Assembly (NCBI GenBank): GCA_964291265.2
Contig: OZ219747.1
Span: 4,224,001-4,288,000, forward strand
Source of the DNA: Alphaproteobacteria bacterium
GTDB lineage: Bacteria; Pseudomonadota; Alphaproteobacteria; SP197
Direction of reading: 5' to 3'
Length of the DNA: 64,000 nt
Shown: positions 39,683 through 50,141 of the stretch, one piece after another
How positions within the stretch are numbered: position 1 is the stretch's first letter
Layout: every line of letters starts with the position of its first letter
Notes under the pieces: generated by a model
Databases searched by the model: none
What the model was told of the DNA's origin: nothing
The model's input: the letters and a program-made list of their open reading frames with translations, nothing else
Made by a program: the position numbers and the translations under genes

Positions 39683-40632
39683 CAGACCATTCGTCCCGCC
39701 AGCTTGCCGCCGGAATGGGCAGACACGTCATCGACGATGATGTTGATGGCGATGGTGAGGGTGGCGATGGCGATGGCCGGAACCAGGGGGGCAATGGCCC
39801 CGTAGGGCAGCCCGGAGAGATTCTCGCGCACCATGGATCCCCAGTCCGACTGCGGCGGCTGAACACCCAGTCCAAGGAAACTCAGACTGGAGATGAACAG
39901 GATGATGTAGACGAACCGCAGACCGAAGTCGGTCGCCATCGGCATGATCATGTTGGGCAGGATCTCGCGGCCGATGACCCACCAGATCCCTTCGCCACGG
40001 ACCCGGGCGGCATCGACGAAGTCGCTCACCATGATGTCCAGACCGAAGGCGCGGGCGATGCGGAACACGCTGGTGGCGTAGATCAGCCCGGTCAGGATGA
40101 TGAGGATTGGAATCGTGCTGCCGATGGCCGATATGACCACCATGGCCATCATGATGGTCGGCATCGAGAGAAAGGCATCGTTGACACGTGACAGGGAACT
40201 GTCGAGCACTGTGCCCCCGACAGCCGCCGCGATGCCCAGCGTGATACCCACGAGATAGGCAAGAAAAGTCGAAATCAGGGAGATGCCGATCGTCGCCTGG
40301 GCACCGAAGAGAATGCGCGACAGAATGTCGCGACCCAGGTAGTCCGTGCCCAGCCAAGCGATGGCACTCGGCGGCTGATAGTCGGTCGCCGGGTAGAGTT
40401 CGTCACTTTCTTCCTCGACAAAGAGCGATTCGTCGAGAAAATCCGCTTCGTGATAGGGAGCGATTGACGGCCCGAGGACAACCATGGCCATCCAGAACAC
40501 GACGACGGCGATGGCAACCTTGCCAATCCGCGAGAAGCGGATGCGGCGCCTCGGCGGCGCATCGGGAAGCTCCTCGAAGGCGGCGAGGGCTTCGCGGGCG
40601 ACGGTGTCGTTCTCCACGGCATTCTCCGTCAT
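39682..40632 (-). CDS. ABC transporter permease (DppC-like)
   Basis: LGTDYLGRDILSR, FVDAARVRG, LSFLGLG. Confidence 0.92.
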   Translation of the reverse strand: MTENAVENDTVAREALAAFEELPDAPPRRRIRFSRIGKVAIAVVVFWMAMVVLGPSIAPYHEADFLDESLFVEEESDELYPATDYQPPSAIAWLGTDYLGRDILSRILFGAQATIGISLISTFLAYLVGITLGIAAAVGGTVLDSSLSRVNDAFLSMPTIMMAMVVISAIGSTIPILIILTGLIYATSVFRIARAFGLDIMVSDFVDAARVRGEGIWWVIGREILPNMIMPMATDFGLRFVYIILFISSLSFLGLGVQPPQSDWGSMVRENLSGLPYGAIAPLVPAIAIATLTIAINIIVDDVSAHSGGKLAGRMV

Positions 40633-41597
40633 TTGGGATGGCGCAGCCGCGGGTTGGAGAGAATGGACGCCATGTCCGCGATGAAAATCAGAATGATGTA
40701 GGTGGCGCAGAAGATCATGGCACAGGCCTGGACCAGGGGCAGGTCTCGGGTCCGGACCGCGTCCACCATGAGCTTGGCGAGGCCGGGATAGGAGAAGATC
40801 GTCTCGACGATGACGACACCGCTGACCAGGTAGGCGAGATTGAGCGCAATGACATTGACGATCGGACCGATCGCGTTGAACAGGGCATGACGCAGGATGA
40901 TTCTCTTGCGTCTCACTCCCTTGAGAATCGCCATCTCGATATAGGGTGCGCTCATCACGTTGAGCACGGTGGCCCTGGTCATGCGCATGATCTGCGACGA
41001 GGCGACGATCACCAGCGTCAGCGTCGGCAAGGCCAATGCCCTGACGAGCTTCATGCCGGATTCCTGACCACTGATGTAGGCCGTCGCCGGCAACCACCCG
41101 AAGTGAACGGCAATCACCAGCACCAGGAACGTGGCCACCAGGAATTCCGGCAACGAGATCAATCCCAGGGTGGTGAAGGTGATCGCCTTGTCGATGCGCG
41201 ATCCCGGATACATCGCCGCGACAAGTCCAAGCGTCATGGAGATCGGAATGGCGATGGCGGCAACAATGCCGGAAAGACGCAGGGTATGGATCACCCGAGG
41301 TCCGATCATCTCGGATATGGGTGTCCCGACGGTGCCGGCTCCGGAACCCGCCTTCGAAACGCCGAGATCGCCGGTCGCCATGTCACCCAGCCACAGGAAG
41401 TAACGGATGTGGGCCGGCTGGTCGAGCCCGAGTTTTTCCCTGAGAGCCGCGAGGGATTCCGGCGTCGCCATCTGCCCGAGAATGATGTTGGCGACATCAC
41501 CGGGAAGCACGCTTGTCCCCAGAAAGATCAGGATCGACACCACGATCAGCGTGACGACGCCAACCGCGGTGCGGCGCAGGACAGCCCTTAGGATCAT
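40629..41597 (-). CDS. ABC transporter permease (DppB-like)
   Basis: LGLDQP, YIEMAILKG, VETIFSYPGL. Confidence 0.92.
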   Translation of the reverse strand: MILRAVLRRTAVGVVTLIVVSILIFLGTSVLPGDVANIILGQMATPESLAALREKLGLDQPAHIRYFLWLGDMATGDLGVSKAGSGAGTVGTPISEMIGPRVIHTLRLSGIVAAIAIPISMTLGLVAAMYPGSRIDKAITFTTLGLISLPEFLVATFLVLVIAVHFGWLPATAYISGQESGMKLVRALALPTLTLVIVASSQIMRMTRATVLNVMSAPYIEMAILKGVRRKRIILRHALFNAIGPIVNVIALNLAYLVSGVVIVETIFSYPGLAKLMVDAVRTRDLPLVQACAMIFCATYIILIFIADMASILSNPRLRHPK

Positions 41598-41658
41598 GGC
41601 AATAGCGACGACCGCGAGAGGCGACGGGGGCGGGCCTCAGCCTGCCTCCGCCATGCCT

Positions 41659-43239
41659 TCAGGCGGTCATCCAGGCAAATTCGACGAACTCGTACGCCCC
41701 GCACGACCCCAGGGGCACATTCGGAATGCCCTTGATCCTGTCGCTCACGCCGTCGAGGACGTTGACGTGGGAGGGAATGATGATACCCGAATGGTTGTGC
41801 ACGAGTGTCTGCATTTCGCAGAGCATTTCATGCCGTACCGACGGGTCGGTCTCGGCGAGTTGCGCCTTCAGCAGTTCGCCCATCCTGTCGTTGTTCCAGA
41901 AGGTGTCATTCCAGGCGGCACCGGGCGCGAACTGGATGGCCAGCATGGAATTGGCCGTGGGACGCATGTTCCAGGACACAACGTTGAGCGGCTCCTTCAT
42001 CCACACGGCACCCCAGTAGCCGTCGGTCGGCACCTGCTTGATGTCGAGATCAAAGCCGATCTTCTTCAGGTTCGCCTGCATCAGGAGGCAGGATTCGACC
42101 AGGCCGGTGGCGACCGGGGCGACATAGAGTTCGGCACTCGAATAGCCGGACCTCTCGAGGTGCCATTTCGCCTGGTCGGGGTCGTACTCGCGCTGCGGAA
42201 GTTCAGCGCAATGATCCGCACCGTAGGCCACAGAAATCGGATGATCGTTGCCAACGGTGCCGTGGCCCTTGAGGATGCTCCTGACGATTCGCTCGCGGTC
42301 CTGGATGAGTTGCAGACCTCTGACGAAATCGTCGTTGTCCCCCGGAGGCGTGTTCTTCAGGCAGCAGATACCGCCGTAGAGGCCGGACGGGGTGGAGTTG
42401 ACATGGACCCCGTCGGTGTTCTCGATCAGGTCGACGCTCTTGGAATCGAGAGAGACGGCAAAATGGATGTCTCCCGCGATCAGGGCGTTGACCCGCGCCA
42501 CCGGATCGGTGATCGCGGTGACCTCGAGAGCATCGAAGTTGGCCCCGTCGCGCCAGTAGTTCGGGTTGCGAACATGAGTCGAGCGCACCCCGGGCTCGAA
42601 AGACTCAAGAAGGAAGGGACCCGTCCCGATTCCCTGGCGGAAGTCCATGGTGTCCTTCTTGACGATCTTGGCCTGCTTTTCGGACAGCTTCGCCGGCAGG
42701 TCGGAATCCGGGCTGCTGAGAACCGCCCGAACGGTATGGCTGTCGAGCTTGTCCCAACTGACGACATTGCCAAAGAAGGCCTTGATCACCGAAGGCGAGT
42801 CGTCGCCGAGGTGCCGGTTCAGGCTCCACACCACGTCATCGGCCGTGAAGGGCGAGCCGTCATGGAACTCGACACCCTTGCGGACCTTGAACATGAACTC
42901 GGTGGCATCGCCGTTCGCCGACCATTCCTCCGCCAGTTCCGGATGGATGACCATGTCGTCGAGCATCTGGGTCAGGTTGTTGTAGGTTGCCCGGCCGCGG
43001 GTGTAGTCGATTCCCGAGGTGAAGACGATGGGATCCATCTGGTCGTCCGGGCCATGGAGGTTGCTGCCATAGATCGCGGTACCACCCTTCACAGGCGTTT
43101 CCGCCAGTGCTTCGGCACCCGTCAGATAGGTCCTGGCGGCCGCGGCCGAGAGCCCGAGAGCTCCCATGGCGGTCAGAAATTCACGGCGGCTCATGCCGCC
43201 ATCGCGATACTCCTGTTGTAACGTCGTGACGTCATTCAT
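41659..43239 (-). CDS. ABC transporter substrate-binding protein, family 5, Tat signal
   Basis: SRREFL, PELAEEWS, FHDGSPFTADDV, GTGPF. Confidence 0.92.
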   Translation of the reverse strand: MNDVTTLQQEYRDGGMSRREFLTAMGALGLSAAAARTYLTGAEALAETPVKGGTAIYGSNLHGPDDQMDPIVFTSGIDYTRGRATYNNLTQMLDDMVIHPELAEEWSANGDATEFMFKVRKGVEFHDGSPFTADDVVWSLNRHLGDDSPSVIKAFFGNVVSWDKLDSHTVRAVLSSPDSDLPAKLSEKQAKIVKKDTMDFRQGIGTGPFLLESFEPGVRSTHVRNPNYWRDGANFDALEVTAITDPVARVNALIAGDIHFAVSLDSKSVDLIENTDGVHVNSTPSGLYGGICCLKNTPPGDNDDFVRGLQLIQDRERIVRSILKGHGTVGNDHPISVAYGADHCAELPQREYDPDQAKWHLERSGYSSAELYVAPVATGLVESCLLMQANLKKIGFDLDIKQVPTDGYWGAVWMKEPLNVVSWNMRPTANSMLAIQFAPGAAWNDTFWNNDRMGELLKAQLAETDPSVRHEMLCEMQTLVHNHSGIIIPSHVNVLDGVSDRIKGIPNVPLGSCGAYEFVEFAWMTA

Positions 43240-43368
43240 GTGCGTGTTCCTCCTCAAGTGACATGTCACATTGCAGTACCCTCAGGTCGTCCAGTATAGC
43301 GAAACGACCATCGCCGTCCAATGTGGCTCCATTCACCGGCGCCGTTTCAAGTGGTCACGATCGGTGCT

Positions 43369-43914
43369 ATGGCGGATTCCTCATCCTGCCCGAGTGCCCG
43401 GTCCTCTCCCTTGGTTGAGATCATCGAAGAACGGTCCTGCGACAGGCGCGCTGTCGAGACGATCGCCCGCTTGTCGCTGGGCGAGAGGCTTGTCGACAGT
43501 CCGGCGGCGCGGCTTCGCCAGGGCTCCCGCAACATCACGGAACTGAGCCTTGTGGCTCTGGAAGGAGAGCATGTGGTCGCCACCATCCGGTGCTGGCCGG
43601 TGCTGATCGGCGCCGGAACCCGGGCGATTCAGATGGGTCCGGTCGCCGTCGACCCTGACCACAGGGGCCGCGGCATCAGCCGCATGCTGATCAACACGAC
43701 CCTGGAACGCGCATGTGCCCTCGGGCACCGCATCGTGGTTCTCATTGGCGACGGCGACCTCTACAACCGCTACGGATTCGAGCCCGCGCTGCCACGGGAC
43801 ATCACGCTGGCCGAGACCCGTGACCGGGAACGGCTGCAGGTTCTAGCCCTGGTGCCGGACGCCCTTGCCGGTCTCTCGGGCGTGGTGCGTCCCGATACCA
43901 TTCACGCAGCCTGA
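43369..43914 (+). CDS. GNAT family N-acetyltransferase
   Basis: GPVAVDPDHRGRGI, IGD..LYNRYGF. Confidence 0.88.
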   Translation: MADSSSCPSARSSPLVEIIEERSCDRRAVETIARLSLGERLVDSPAARLRQGSRNITELSLVALEGEHVVATIRCWPVLIGAGTRAIQMGPVAVDPDHRGRGISRMLINTTLERACALGHRIVVLIGDGDLYNRYGFEPALPRDITLAETRDRERLQVLALVPDALAGLSGVVRPDTIHAA

Positions 43915-44184
43915 CAGCGGGCCGGCTGCCCGTCGGGCAGTGCCATCATGCCCCTCAGCCGAGTCGGAAGCAGAGGCCGGGTGGCCCATGGGATGGTGAT
44001 GAACGTCCATCCGAAGACGACCCGTTCGTGGCACGTGATCGGAGCAAGCCAGACGTCAGCGACGCCCGGGATGCCGCCCATCATCATGAAACCGGAGCCA
44101 TGACACTGCCTGCCTGTGGCGGGTCGGGGCATGCCGCTTCTGCCAACTTGTGCGGCCTGATCGCCGCCGGGCGTCCGTGGTCCC

Positions 44185-44841
44185 TCAGGTGCCGGAAAGT
44201 TCCCGGCGCATGGCCGCCACACGCTCGGCAAGCGACGTGAAACGTTCACGCCGGTGACGTTCGGCGGCGAGGATGGACTTCAGCGCGGCAAGGCTGTCTT
44301 CGACATCGTGGTTGACGATGACATAGTCGAAGGCCTCCCATCTGGCGAGTTCGCCCACGGCGTCGCGCATGCGGCGCTCCATGTCCTGCGGGGTGCCGCC
44401 GCCCCGCAAGGCGAGCCGGCGCCTGAGTTCCGTTGCCGAAGGCGGCAGCACGAAAACCAGGACGACATCGTCCCCGAGCGACCGGCGAAGCTGCGCCGCA
44501 CCCTGACAGTCGATGTCCGACACCACGTCGCGGCCCTGGCCCAGCGCTGTCTCGACCGGTGTCCTTGGAGTTCCGTACAGATTGCCGAAGACCGTCGCAT
44601 GTTCGAGGAGTTCATCCCGGTCGATCATCTCCCGGAAGCGCCCGTGATCGACAAAGTGAAGGTCACGGCCGGCCTCTTCTCCAGGCCGGGGAGCCCGTGT
44701 GGTGACCGAGACCGAGAACGCAATGGCGCCGTCCTCGTCAACCAGCCGGCGCACCAGCGTCGACTTGCCGGTCGCCGACGGTGCCGAGAGCACCAGCATG
44801 AAGCCCCGGCGGGCGCGCTCCGGCACCGGACTACTCCCCAC
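44185..44841 (-). CDS. gmk: Guanylate kinase
   Basis: SAPSATGKST, SVSVTTRAPRPGE, YGTP, DIDCQG. Confidence 0.93.
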   Translation of the reverse strand: MGSSPVPERARRGFMLVLSAPSATGKSTLVRRLVDEDGAIAFSVSVTTRAPRPGEEAGRDLHFVDHGRFREMIDRDELLEHATVFGNLYGTPRTPVETALGQGRDVVSDIDCQGAAQLRRSLGDDVVLVFVLPPSATELRRRLALRGGGTPQDMERRMRDAVGELARWEAFDYVIVNHDVEDSLAALKSILAAERHRRERFTSLAERVAAMRRELSGT

Positions 44842-44908
44842 TCCATGTCAGCCTGCGCAGGCGCCCCGCTGAAGCCTTCAGGTGCGGAATTCCGGGCAGC
44901 ATGGCAGC

Positions 44909-45778
44909 CTACTCCACGTTCTGGACCTGCTCGCGCAGGCGATCGATGGCCACCTTGAGGTTGATCGCGGCACTGGCCAGGGACACGGACTGGAACTTGG
45001 ACGAAAGCGTGTTGGCCTCGCGCAACAGCTCCTGGCAGTAGAACCCCAGCTGGCGTCCGGGACTCGCCTGACCGAGAAGGCCGCGCATCGCCGCGGCATG
45101 GACTGCCAGGCGGTCGATCTCCTCGCGGACATCGCAACGCGACGCGAGAAGGACAACTTCCTGGGCAAGTCGCGTTTCGTCGATCGCGGGACCATCGACA
45201 AGTTCGCGGACCCGCTCGTCGAGGACACGGCGGATGCGTTCGGGCTCGCCGCAGGCCTCGCCGCGTGCCAGTGCAATGAGGTCATCGACATCGTCCAGCA
45301 GGCCACCGATCACTCCGGCAAGGCTGGCGCCTTCCCCGAGGCGGGATTCGGCCAGGCGATCGAGCACCGCCTCGAGACCCGAGGTGAGTTCACCGGCCAC
45401 GGCGGCGGTACCTGTGCCTCCATCGACGCAGACAACGCCCCGAACCGCCAGGAGTCCGGCGAGCGCTGCCGGAGACGGTGGACCTGCCCGCTTCTCCACG
45501 ACGTCAACGAGGTCCTGGAGAAAGGCGTGATTCACCGCCACGCCCACCGCTTCGTCGGACTCCAGAACCAGGGAAAGGGAAATGCTGCCCCGCGTCATCA
45601 GTCGTCCGGTCCGTTCCCGGGCCACGGGCTCCAGCCACTCCAGACCTTCCGGAACCCGGCAGCGGACATCGAGTCCCCTGCCGTTGACACTGCGCGCATT
45701 CCATATCCAGGGGCGACCGACCACACTGGCCACACCCGTCATGCTCTGAAACGCCACAATCAGCCTCCGACTGCGCAA
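44909..45778 (-). CDS. yicC: YicC/YloC family endoribonuclease
   Basis: SMTG, RSVNGRGLD, DVREEIDRL, REANTLSSK, REQVQNVE; true start probably slightly downstream. Confidence 0.9.
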   Translation of the reverse strand: MRSRRLIVAFQSMTGVASVVGRPWIWNARSVNGRGLDVRCRVPEGLEWLEPVARERTGRLMTRGSISLSLVLESDEAVGVAVNHAFLQDLVDVVEKRAGPPSPAALAGLLAVRGVVCVDGGTGTAAVAGELTSGLEAVLDRLAESRLGEGASLAGVIGGLLDDVDDLIALARGEACGEPERIRRVLDERVRELVDGPAIDETRLAQEVVLLASRCDVREEIDRLAVHAAAMRGLLGQASPGRQLGFYCQELLREANTLSSKFQSVSLASAAINLKVAIDRLREQVQNVE

Positions 45779-45833
45779 GGGTCACGGGTGATATCATGGC
45801 CGCTTCAACTGTGTCACTCTCGCCGCGAAAGCC

Positions 45834-46625
45834 ATGACCCGACCTCCGACCTCCCTCCTCGTCACCGGTGCCTCGAGCGGCATCGGAGCCGCCCTCGCCC
45901 GCGTCTATGCCGGCCCGGACACCACGCTCTTTCTCGGAGGGCGCGACGGGCCTCGCCTGACGGCGGTCGCGGACGACTGTCGCAGGACCGGCGCCTGCTG
46001 CATCACCGAGTCGGTCGATGTGACCGATCAGGAAGCCATGGCCGACTGGGTGGCACGCTGTCACGGCATCCGTGCCCTCGACCTCGTGATCGCCAACGCC
46101 GGCGTCTCTGCCGGTTCCGGCCATACCGGCGAAACCGCAGACCAGGTGCGCCACCTCTTCCGTGTCAACGTGGACGGCGCCTTCAACACGGTCCTGCCGG
46201 CGATGCAGGCCATGGTGAAACGGGGCGAGGGACAGATCGCGGTGATGTCGTCCCTCGCGAGTTTCAGGGGATTTCCGGGCGCGCCGGCCTACTGCGCCAG
46301 CAAGGCAGCACTGCGACTGTGGGGCGAAGGTCAGCGGGTCTGGCTGCGCCGCCGCGGCGTGCGCCTCTCGGTCATCTGCCCCGGATTCGTGGACACCCCG
46401 ATGAGCCGGGACAATCCCTACACCATGCCCTTCCTCATGGACGCAGGGAGCGCCGCGCGCCTCATCAGGAAGGGGCTCGAGCGTGACCGAGGACGCATTG
46501 CCTTTCCTTGGCAGACGTCCTGGCTCGTCCAGTTCCTTGCGAACCTGCCGCCGGCACTCACGGACCGGCTGCTCGCTCGCATGCCGTCCAAGCCTGCGGT
46601 CCCGGCAGACCACCTGCCGGGATGA
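45834..46625 (+). CDS. Short-chain dehydrogenase/reductase
   Basis: TGASSGIG, NAG, YCASK. Confidence 0.9.
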   Translation: MTRPPTSLLVTGASSGIGAALARVYAGPDTTLFLGGRDGPRLTAVADDCRRTGACCITESVDVTDQEAMADWVARCHGIRALDLVIANAGVSAGSGHTGETADQVRHLFRVNVDGAFNTVLPAMQAMVKRGEGQIAVMSSLASFRGFPGAPAYCASKAALRLWGEGQRVWLRRRGVRLSVICPGFVDTPMSRDNPYTMPFLMDAGSAARLIRKGLERDRGRIAFPWQTSWLVQFLANLPPALTDRLLARMPSKPAVPADHLPG

Positions 46626-46642
46626 CGGGCCGGAGGCGCCGG

Positions 46643-47620
46643 TCAGTGGCCGGCTCGATGGCGGCGCCATCGAGCCACGTTGCGGTTGTGTTCCTCGAGA
46701 GTGGCGGCAAAGGCATGGCCACCTGAACCATCGGCAACGAAGTAGAGGTCCGTCGTGTCGAGGGGATCGAGGACCGCAGCGATGGCCTCGCGTCCCGGGT
46801 TGGCTATGGGTCCGGGAGGCAGTCCCTTGTGGCGGTAGGTGTTGTAGGGATCATCGAACTGCCAGTCCGAACGCAGCAGGTCCCGGCCCAGTGGTCTGAC
46901 ACCCCTGGTCAGGGCATAGATGACCGTCGGATCCGACTGCAGGCGCATGCCGCGCTCGAGACGGTTGACGAGGACACCGGCAACGTGCCGGCGTTCGTCC
47001 GCCCTGCCCGTCTCCTTCTCGACGATCGAGGCGAGGATCACCGCTTCCTCCGGCGAGTTGAACGGCAACTCCCCTGCCCGTTCCGCCCACAGTTCGGCGA
47101 CTGTGGCCTCCATGGCCCGAATCATGCGGTCGACAATCTCCTGACGCGTTGCGCCGCGCTCGAAGTGATAGGTTTCCGGCAACAGGGAGCCCTCTCCGGG
47201 CATGGCGGCGACCGTTCCCTCGAGGGCGCGGTGGGCAGCGATGATGGCAAGCGCCGCGGTACTGCTCAGTCCCTCGGGAAGGGTGAGGGTGTGGACCACG
47301 GTGTCGCCACGGACCAGCTTCGCCATGACGCTGCCGAGAGCCTCACCGGACTCGAAGGAATACTCTCCGGCCTTCAGAAGGCGATGATCGCCGCGCACAA
47401 GTGCATGCAGCCGGAAGAGCGCGGCGCTGGCGATGATGTTGTCGGCGTGAAGTTTCTCCGCGATCCCGGCCGCACTGGTTCCCTCACCGATGATCAGGGT
47501 AACCGGAGCCTCGAGGGGGCCGCGCCTCTCGAGTGCCGCCTGAAACCACAGGAATGCGGTGGCCAGGACCATGACGACGGCGCCGAGGAGACTGGCGACA
47601 CTCCCCGCTTTCCGACCCAC
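46643..47620 (-). CDS. mltG: Endolytic transglycosylase MltG
   Basis: ILASIVEKET, LQSDPTVIY, YNTY...GLPPGPIANPG. Confidence 0.93.
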   Translation of the reverse strand: MGRKAGSVASLLGAVVMVLATAFLWFQAALERRGPLEAPVTLIIGEGTSAAGIAEKLHADNIIASAALFRLHALVRGDHRLLKAGEYSFESGEALGSVMAKLVRGDTVVHTLTLPEGLSSTAALAIIAAHRALEGTVAAMPGEGSLLPETYHFERGATRQEIVDRMIRAMEATVAELWAERAGELPFNSPEEAVILASIVEKETGRADERRHVAGVLVNRLERGMRLQSDPTVIYALTRGVRPLGRDLLRSDWQFDDPYNTYRHKGLPPGPIANPGREAIAAVLDPLDTTDLYFVADGSGGHAFAATLEEHNRNVARWRRHRAGH

Positions 47621-47630
47621 TCGCAGAGTC

Positions 47631-48914
47631 TCAGTGGCACTTGCCGATGATCAGCGTGGCGTTGGTGCCGCCAAAACCGAACGAGTTCGACAACGCCCGG
47701 CGAACCGGACGCTCCCTCGCTTCGTGGGGAACGAGATCGAGTCCCCGGCAGACATCCTCGGGATTGTCGAGGTTGAGAGTCGGCGGAACAAGGTTGTTCT
47801 GGACCGCGAGGATGGTGTAGATCGCCTCGACGCTGCCGGCGGCACCGAGCAGGTGTCCGATCGACGACTTCGTCGAGGACATGCTGATGTTCGAGACGGC
47901 ATCGCCAAACAGGCGCCTGACGGCGCCGATCTCGATTTCATCCCCCATAGGTGTCGAGGTTCCGTGGGCATTGATGTAGTCGATGTCCTCGGGTGTCAGC
48001 CCGGCATCCTCGATGGCGGCCTTCATCGACCGGAATCCGCCGTCTCCGTCTGGCGGCGGCGCCGTGATGTGATGGGCATCGCCTGACAGGCCGTAACCCA
48101 GGATCTCCGCATGGATCCGGGCTCCGCGCTGCCGCGCGTGGGCGTACTCCTCAAGAACGACGACGCCGGCCCCCTCGCCCATGACGAAGCCGTCCCTGCA
48201 CTTGTCCCAGGGTCGGGAAGCCCGTTCCGGTTCGTCGTTGAAATTCGTGGAGAGCGCACGCGACGCCGAAAACCCGGCGATCCCCAGCGGGCACACCGCA
48301 GCCTCGGCGCCTCCGGCCACCATGACATCCGCGTTGCCGCACGCGATCAGACGGGCGGCATCGCCGATGGCATGGGCGCCGGTGGAACAGGCCGTCACCA
48401 CAGAATGATTGGGTCCACGATAGCCGAAACGGATGGAAACATGGCCCGAAGCAAGGTTGATGAGGGCCGAAGGGATGAAGAAGGGGCTGATCCGGCGCGG
48501 TCCCTTGTCCCGCAGCAGCAGGGAACCATCCTGGATGGTCTTCAGTCCGCCGATGCCTGAGCCGATCAGGACGCCGGTGCGCCGCTGCTCCTCCACATCA
48601 TCGATGATCCAGTCCGCATCCTCGACCGCCTGCTGCGCCGCGGCGATGGCATAGATGATGAAGTCATCCATGCGCCGCTGCTCCTTTGGCTCCACGTAGC
48701 GTGCTGCATCGAACGCGTCCTCACCACTGCCGCATGGCGGCTGCCCGGCAATCTTCGCCGGCAGATCGTCAACGGGAAAGTTCTCGATCCGGCGAATGCC
48801 CGAGGTACCCGAGACGATCCGGGACCAGTTGTGGACAACACTCGCTCCAAGCGGCGTGACCATGCCCAGCCCGGTCACCACGACCCGGCGGGGCCGACTT
48901 GCGGCTGCCATCAT
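47631..48914 (-). CDS. fabF: 3-oxoacyl-ACP synthase II
   Basis: TACSTG, NAHGTST, GHLLGAAG, SNSFGFGG; start approximate. Confidence 0.95.
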   Translation of the reverse strand: MMAAASRPRRVVVTGLGMVTPLGASVVHNWSRIVSGTSGIRRIENFPVDDLPAKIAGQPPCGSGEDAFDAARYVEPKEQRRMDDFIIYAIAAAQQAVEDADWIIDDVEEQRRTGVLIGSGIGGLKTIQDGSLLLRDKGPRRISPFFIPSALINLASGHVSIRFGYRGPNHSVVTACSTGAHAIGDAARLIACGNADVMVAGGAEAAVCPLGIAGFSASRALSTNFNDEPERASRPWDKCRDGFVMGEGAGVVVLEEYAHARQRGARIHAEILGYGLSGDAHHITAPPPDGDGGFRSMKAAIEDAGLTPEDIDYINAHGTSTPMGDEIEIGAVRRLFGDAVSNISMSSTKSSIGHLLGAAGSVEAIYTILAVQNNLVPPTLNLDNPEDVCRGLDLVPHEARERPVRRALSNSFGFGGTNATLIIGKCH

Positions 48915-48947
48915 GGCAGGCAAGAGGCCGAGATACCGGTCACCGCC

Positions 48948-49181
48948 TCAGATGTGCTCTTCAATGTAGTTGATCGCATCCTTGACAGTGACGATCTTCT
49001 CGCCGGCATCGTCGGGTATGGCAATGCTGAAGGCATCCTCGAATGCCATCACGAGTTCGACCGTGTCGAGGCTGTCGGCCCCGAGGTCATCGATGAAACT
49101 GGCACCATCGACAACCTTGGATTCATCGACTCCAAGATGCTCTATGACAATTGATCGTACACGTTCAGCTGTATTGCTCAT
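48948..49181 (-). CDS. acpP: Acyl carrier protein
   Basis: [17 protein letters not shown]. Confidence 0.97.
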   Translation of the reverse strand: MSNTAERVRSIVIEHLGVDESKVVDGASFIDDLGADSLDTVELVMAFEDAFSIAIPDDAGEKIVTVKDAINYIEEHI

Positions 49182-49337
49182 GGTCGAGCCGCCTCCGGTC
49201 CTGAAATGAGTCTGGGATGTCACGTTCCTTGTGCCGCCTCGACGGATGCTCTCCGGGGAACGTCCGTGTCTACCATAAACCCGGCACAAGGCGATAGGTC
49301 AAGACGGGGCCACCCCGGGGAACGATCAACAGGCAGC

Positions 49338-50066
49338 TCACGGCATCACCATGCCGCCGTTCACGTGTATCGTCTGTCCGGTGACATAGGCGGCGTCGTC
49401 ACCGGCGAGCCAGGCCACGGCCGCCGCCACGTCGTCGGCCGCTCCGAGACGGCCTGCCGGAATCCGGTCGAGAATGGAGTCGCGGAGCGACTCCGGCAGC
49501 TGGTCTGTCATCGCCGTGTCAATGAAGCCGGGCGCCACGCAGTTCACCGTGATACCGCGCTGCGCCACCTCCAGGGCCAGCGACCGCGTCATCCCCGCAA
49601 GGCCGGCCTTGGCAGCCGCGTAGTTGGCCTGCCCCGGGTTGCCGGTGTGACCCACCACCGACGTGATGTTGATGATGCGGCCATGGCGCCTCCTGATCAT
49701 GCCACGCAGAAGCGGCTGAATGATGTGGAAGGCTGACGAAAGGTTGAGGTCGATGACCCGCTGCCACTGATCGTCACCAAGGCGCAGGGCGAGGGAATCG
49801 TCGACGGCTCCGGCGTTGTTGACAATGATGTCAACATCACCTGCAGCCTTGGCGAGGGTTCGCGCCGCCTCGGCGGTCCCCAGTTCGGCAACGACAACCG
49901 CTGCCGCCTTGCCGAGGTCCGCCGCCAGGGAATCGAGGGCCTCGCGGCGGCGTCCCGAGAGCACGACCGCCGCACCCCGGGCGTGCAGCCGCCTGGCGAC
50001 AGCAGCACCGATGCCGCCCGAGGCTCCGGTGACGAGTGCCGTCCGTTCCGTCAGATCGTCATGCAT
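49338..50066 (-). CDS. fabG: 3-oxoacyl-ACP reductase
   Basis: TGASGGIG, NNAG, GQANYAAAK, VNGGM; fab cluster context. Confidence 0.95.
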   Translation of the reverse strand: MHDDLTERTALVTGASGGIGAAVARRLHARGAAVVLSGRRREALDSLAADLGKAAAVVVAELGTAEAARTLAKAAGDVDIIVNNAGAVDDSLALRLGDDQWQRVIDLNLSSAFHIIQPLLRGMIRRRHGRIINITSVVGHTGNPGQANYAAAKAGLAGMTRSLALEVAQRGITVNCVAPGFIDTAMTDQLPESLRDSILDRIPAGRLGAADDVAAAVAWLAGDDAAYVTGQTIHVNGGMVMP

Positions 50067-50141
50067 GGCGTCATCCCCGATTGTGTTGTCCGTGCCGCAA
50101 GCGTGCGTCGTCGAAGCAGGCTATCCCTCCGGCGCGAATCT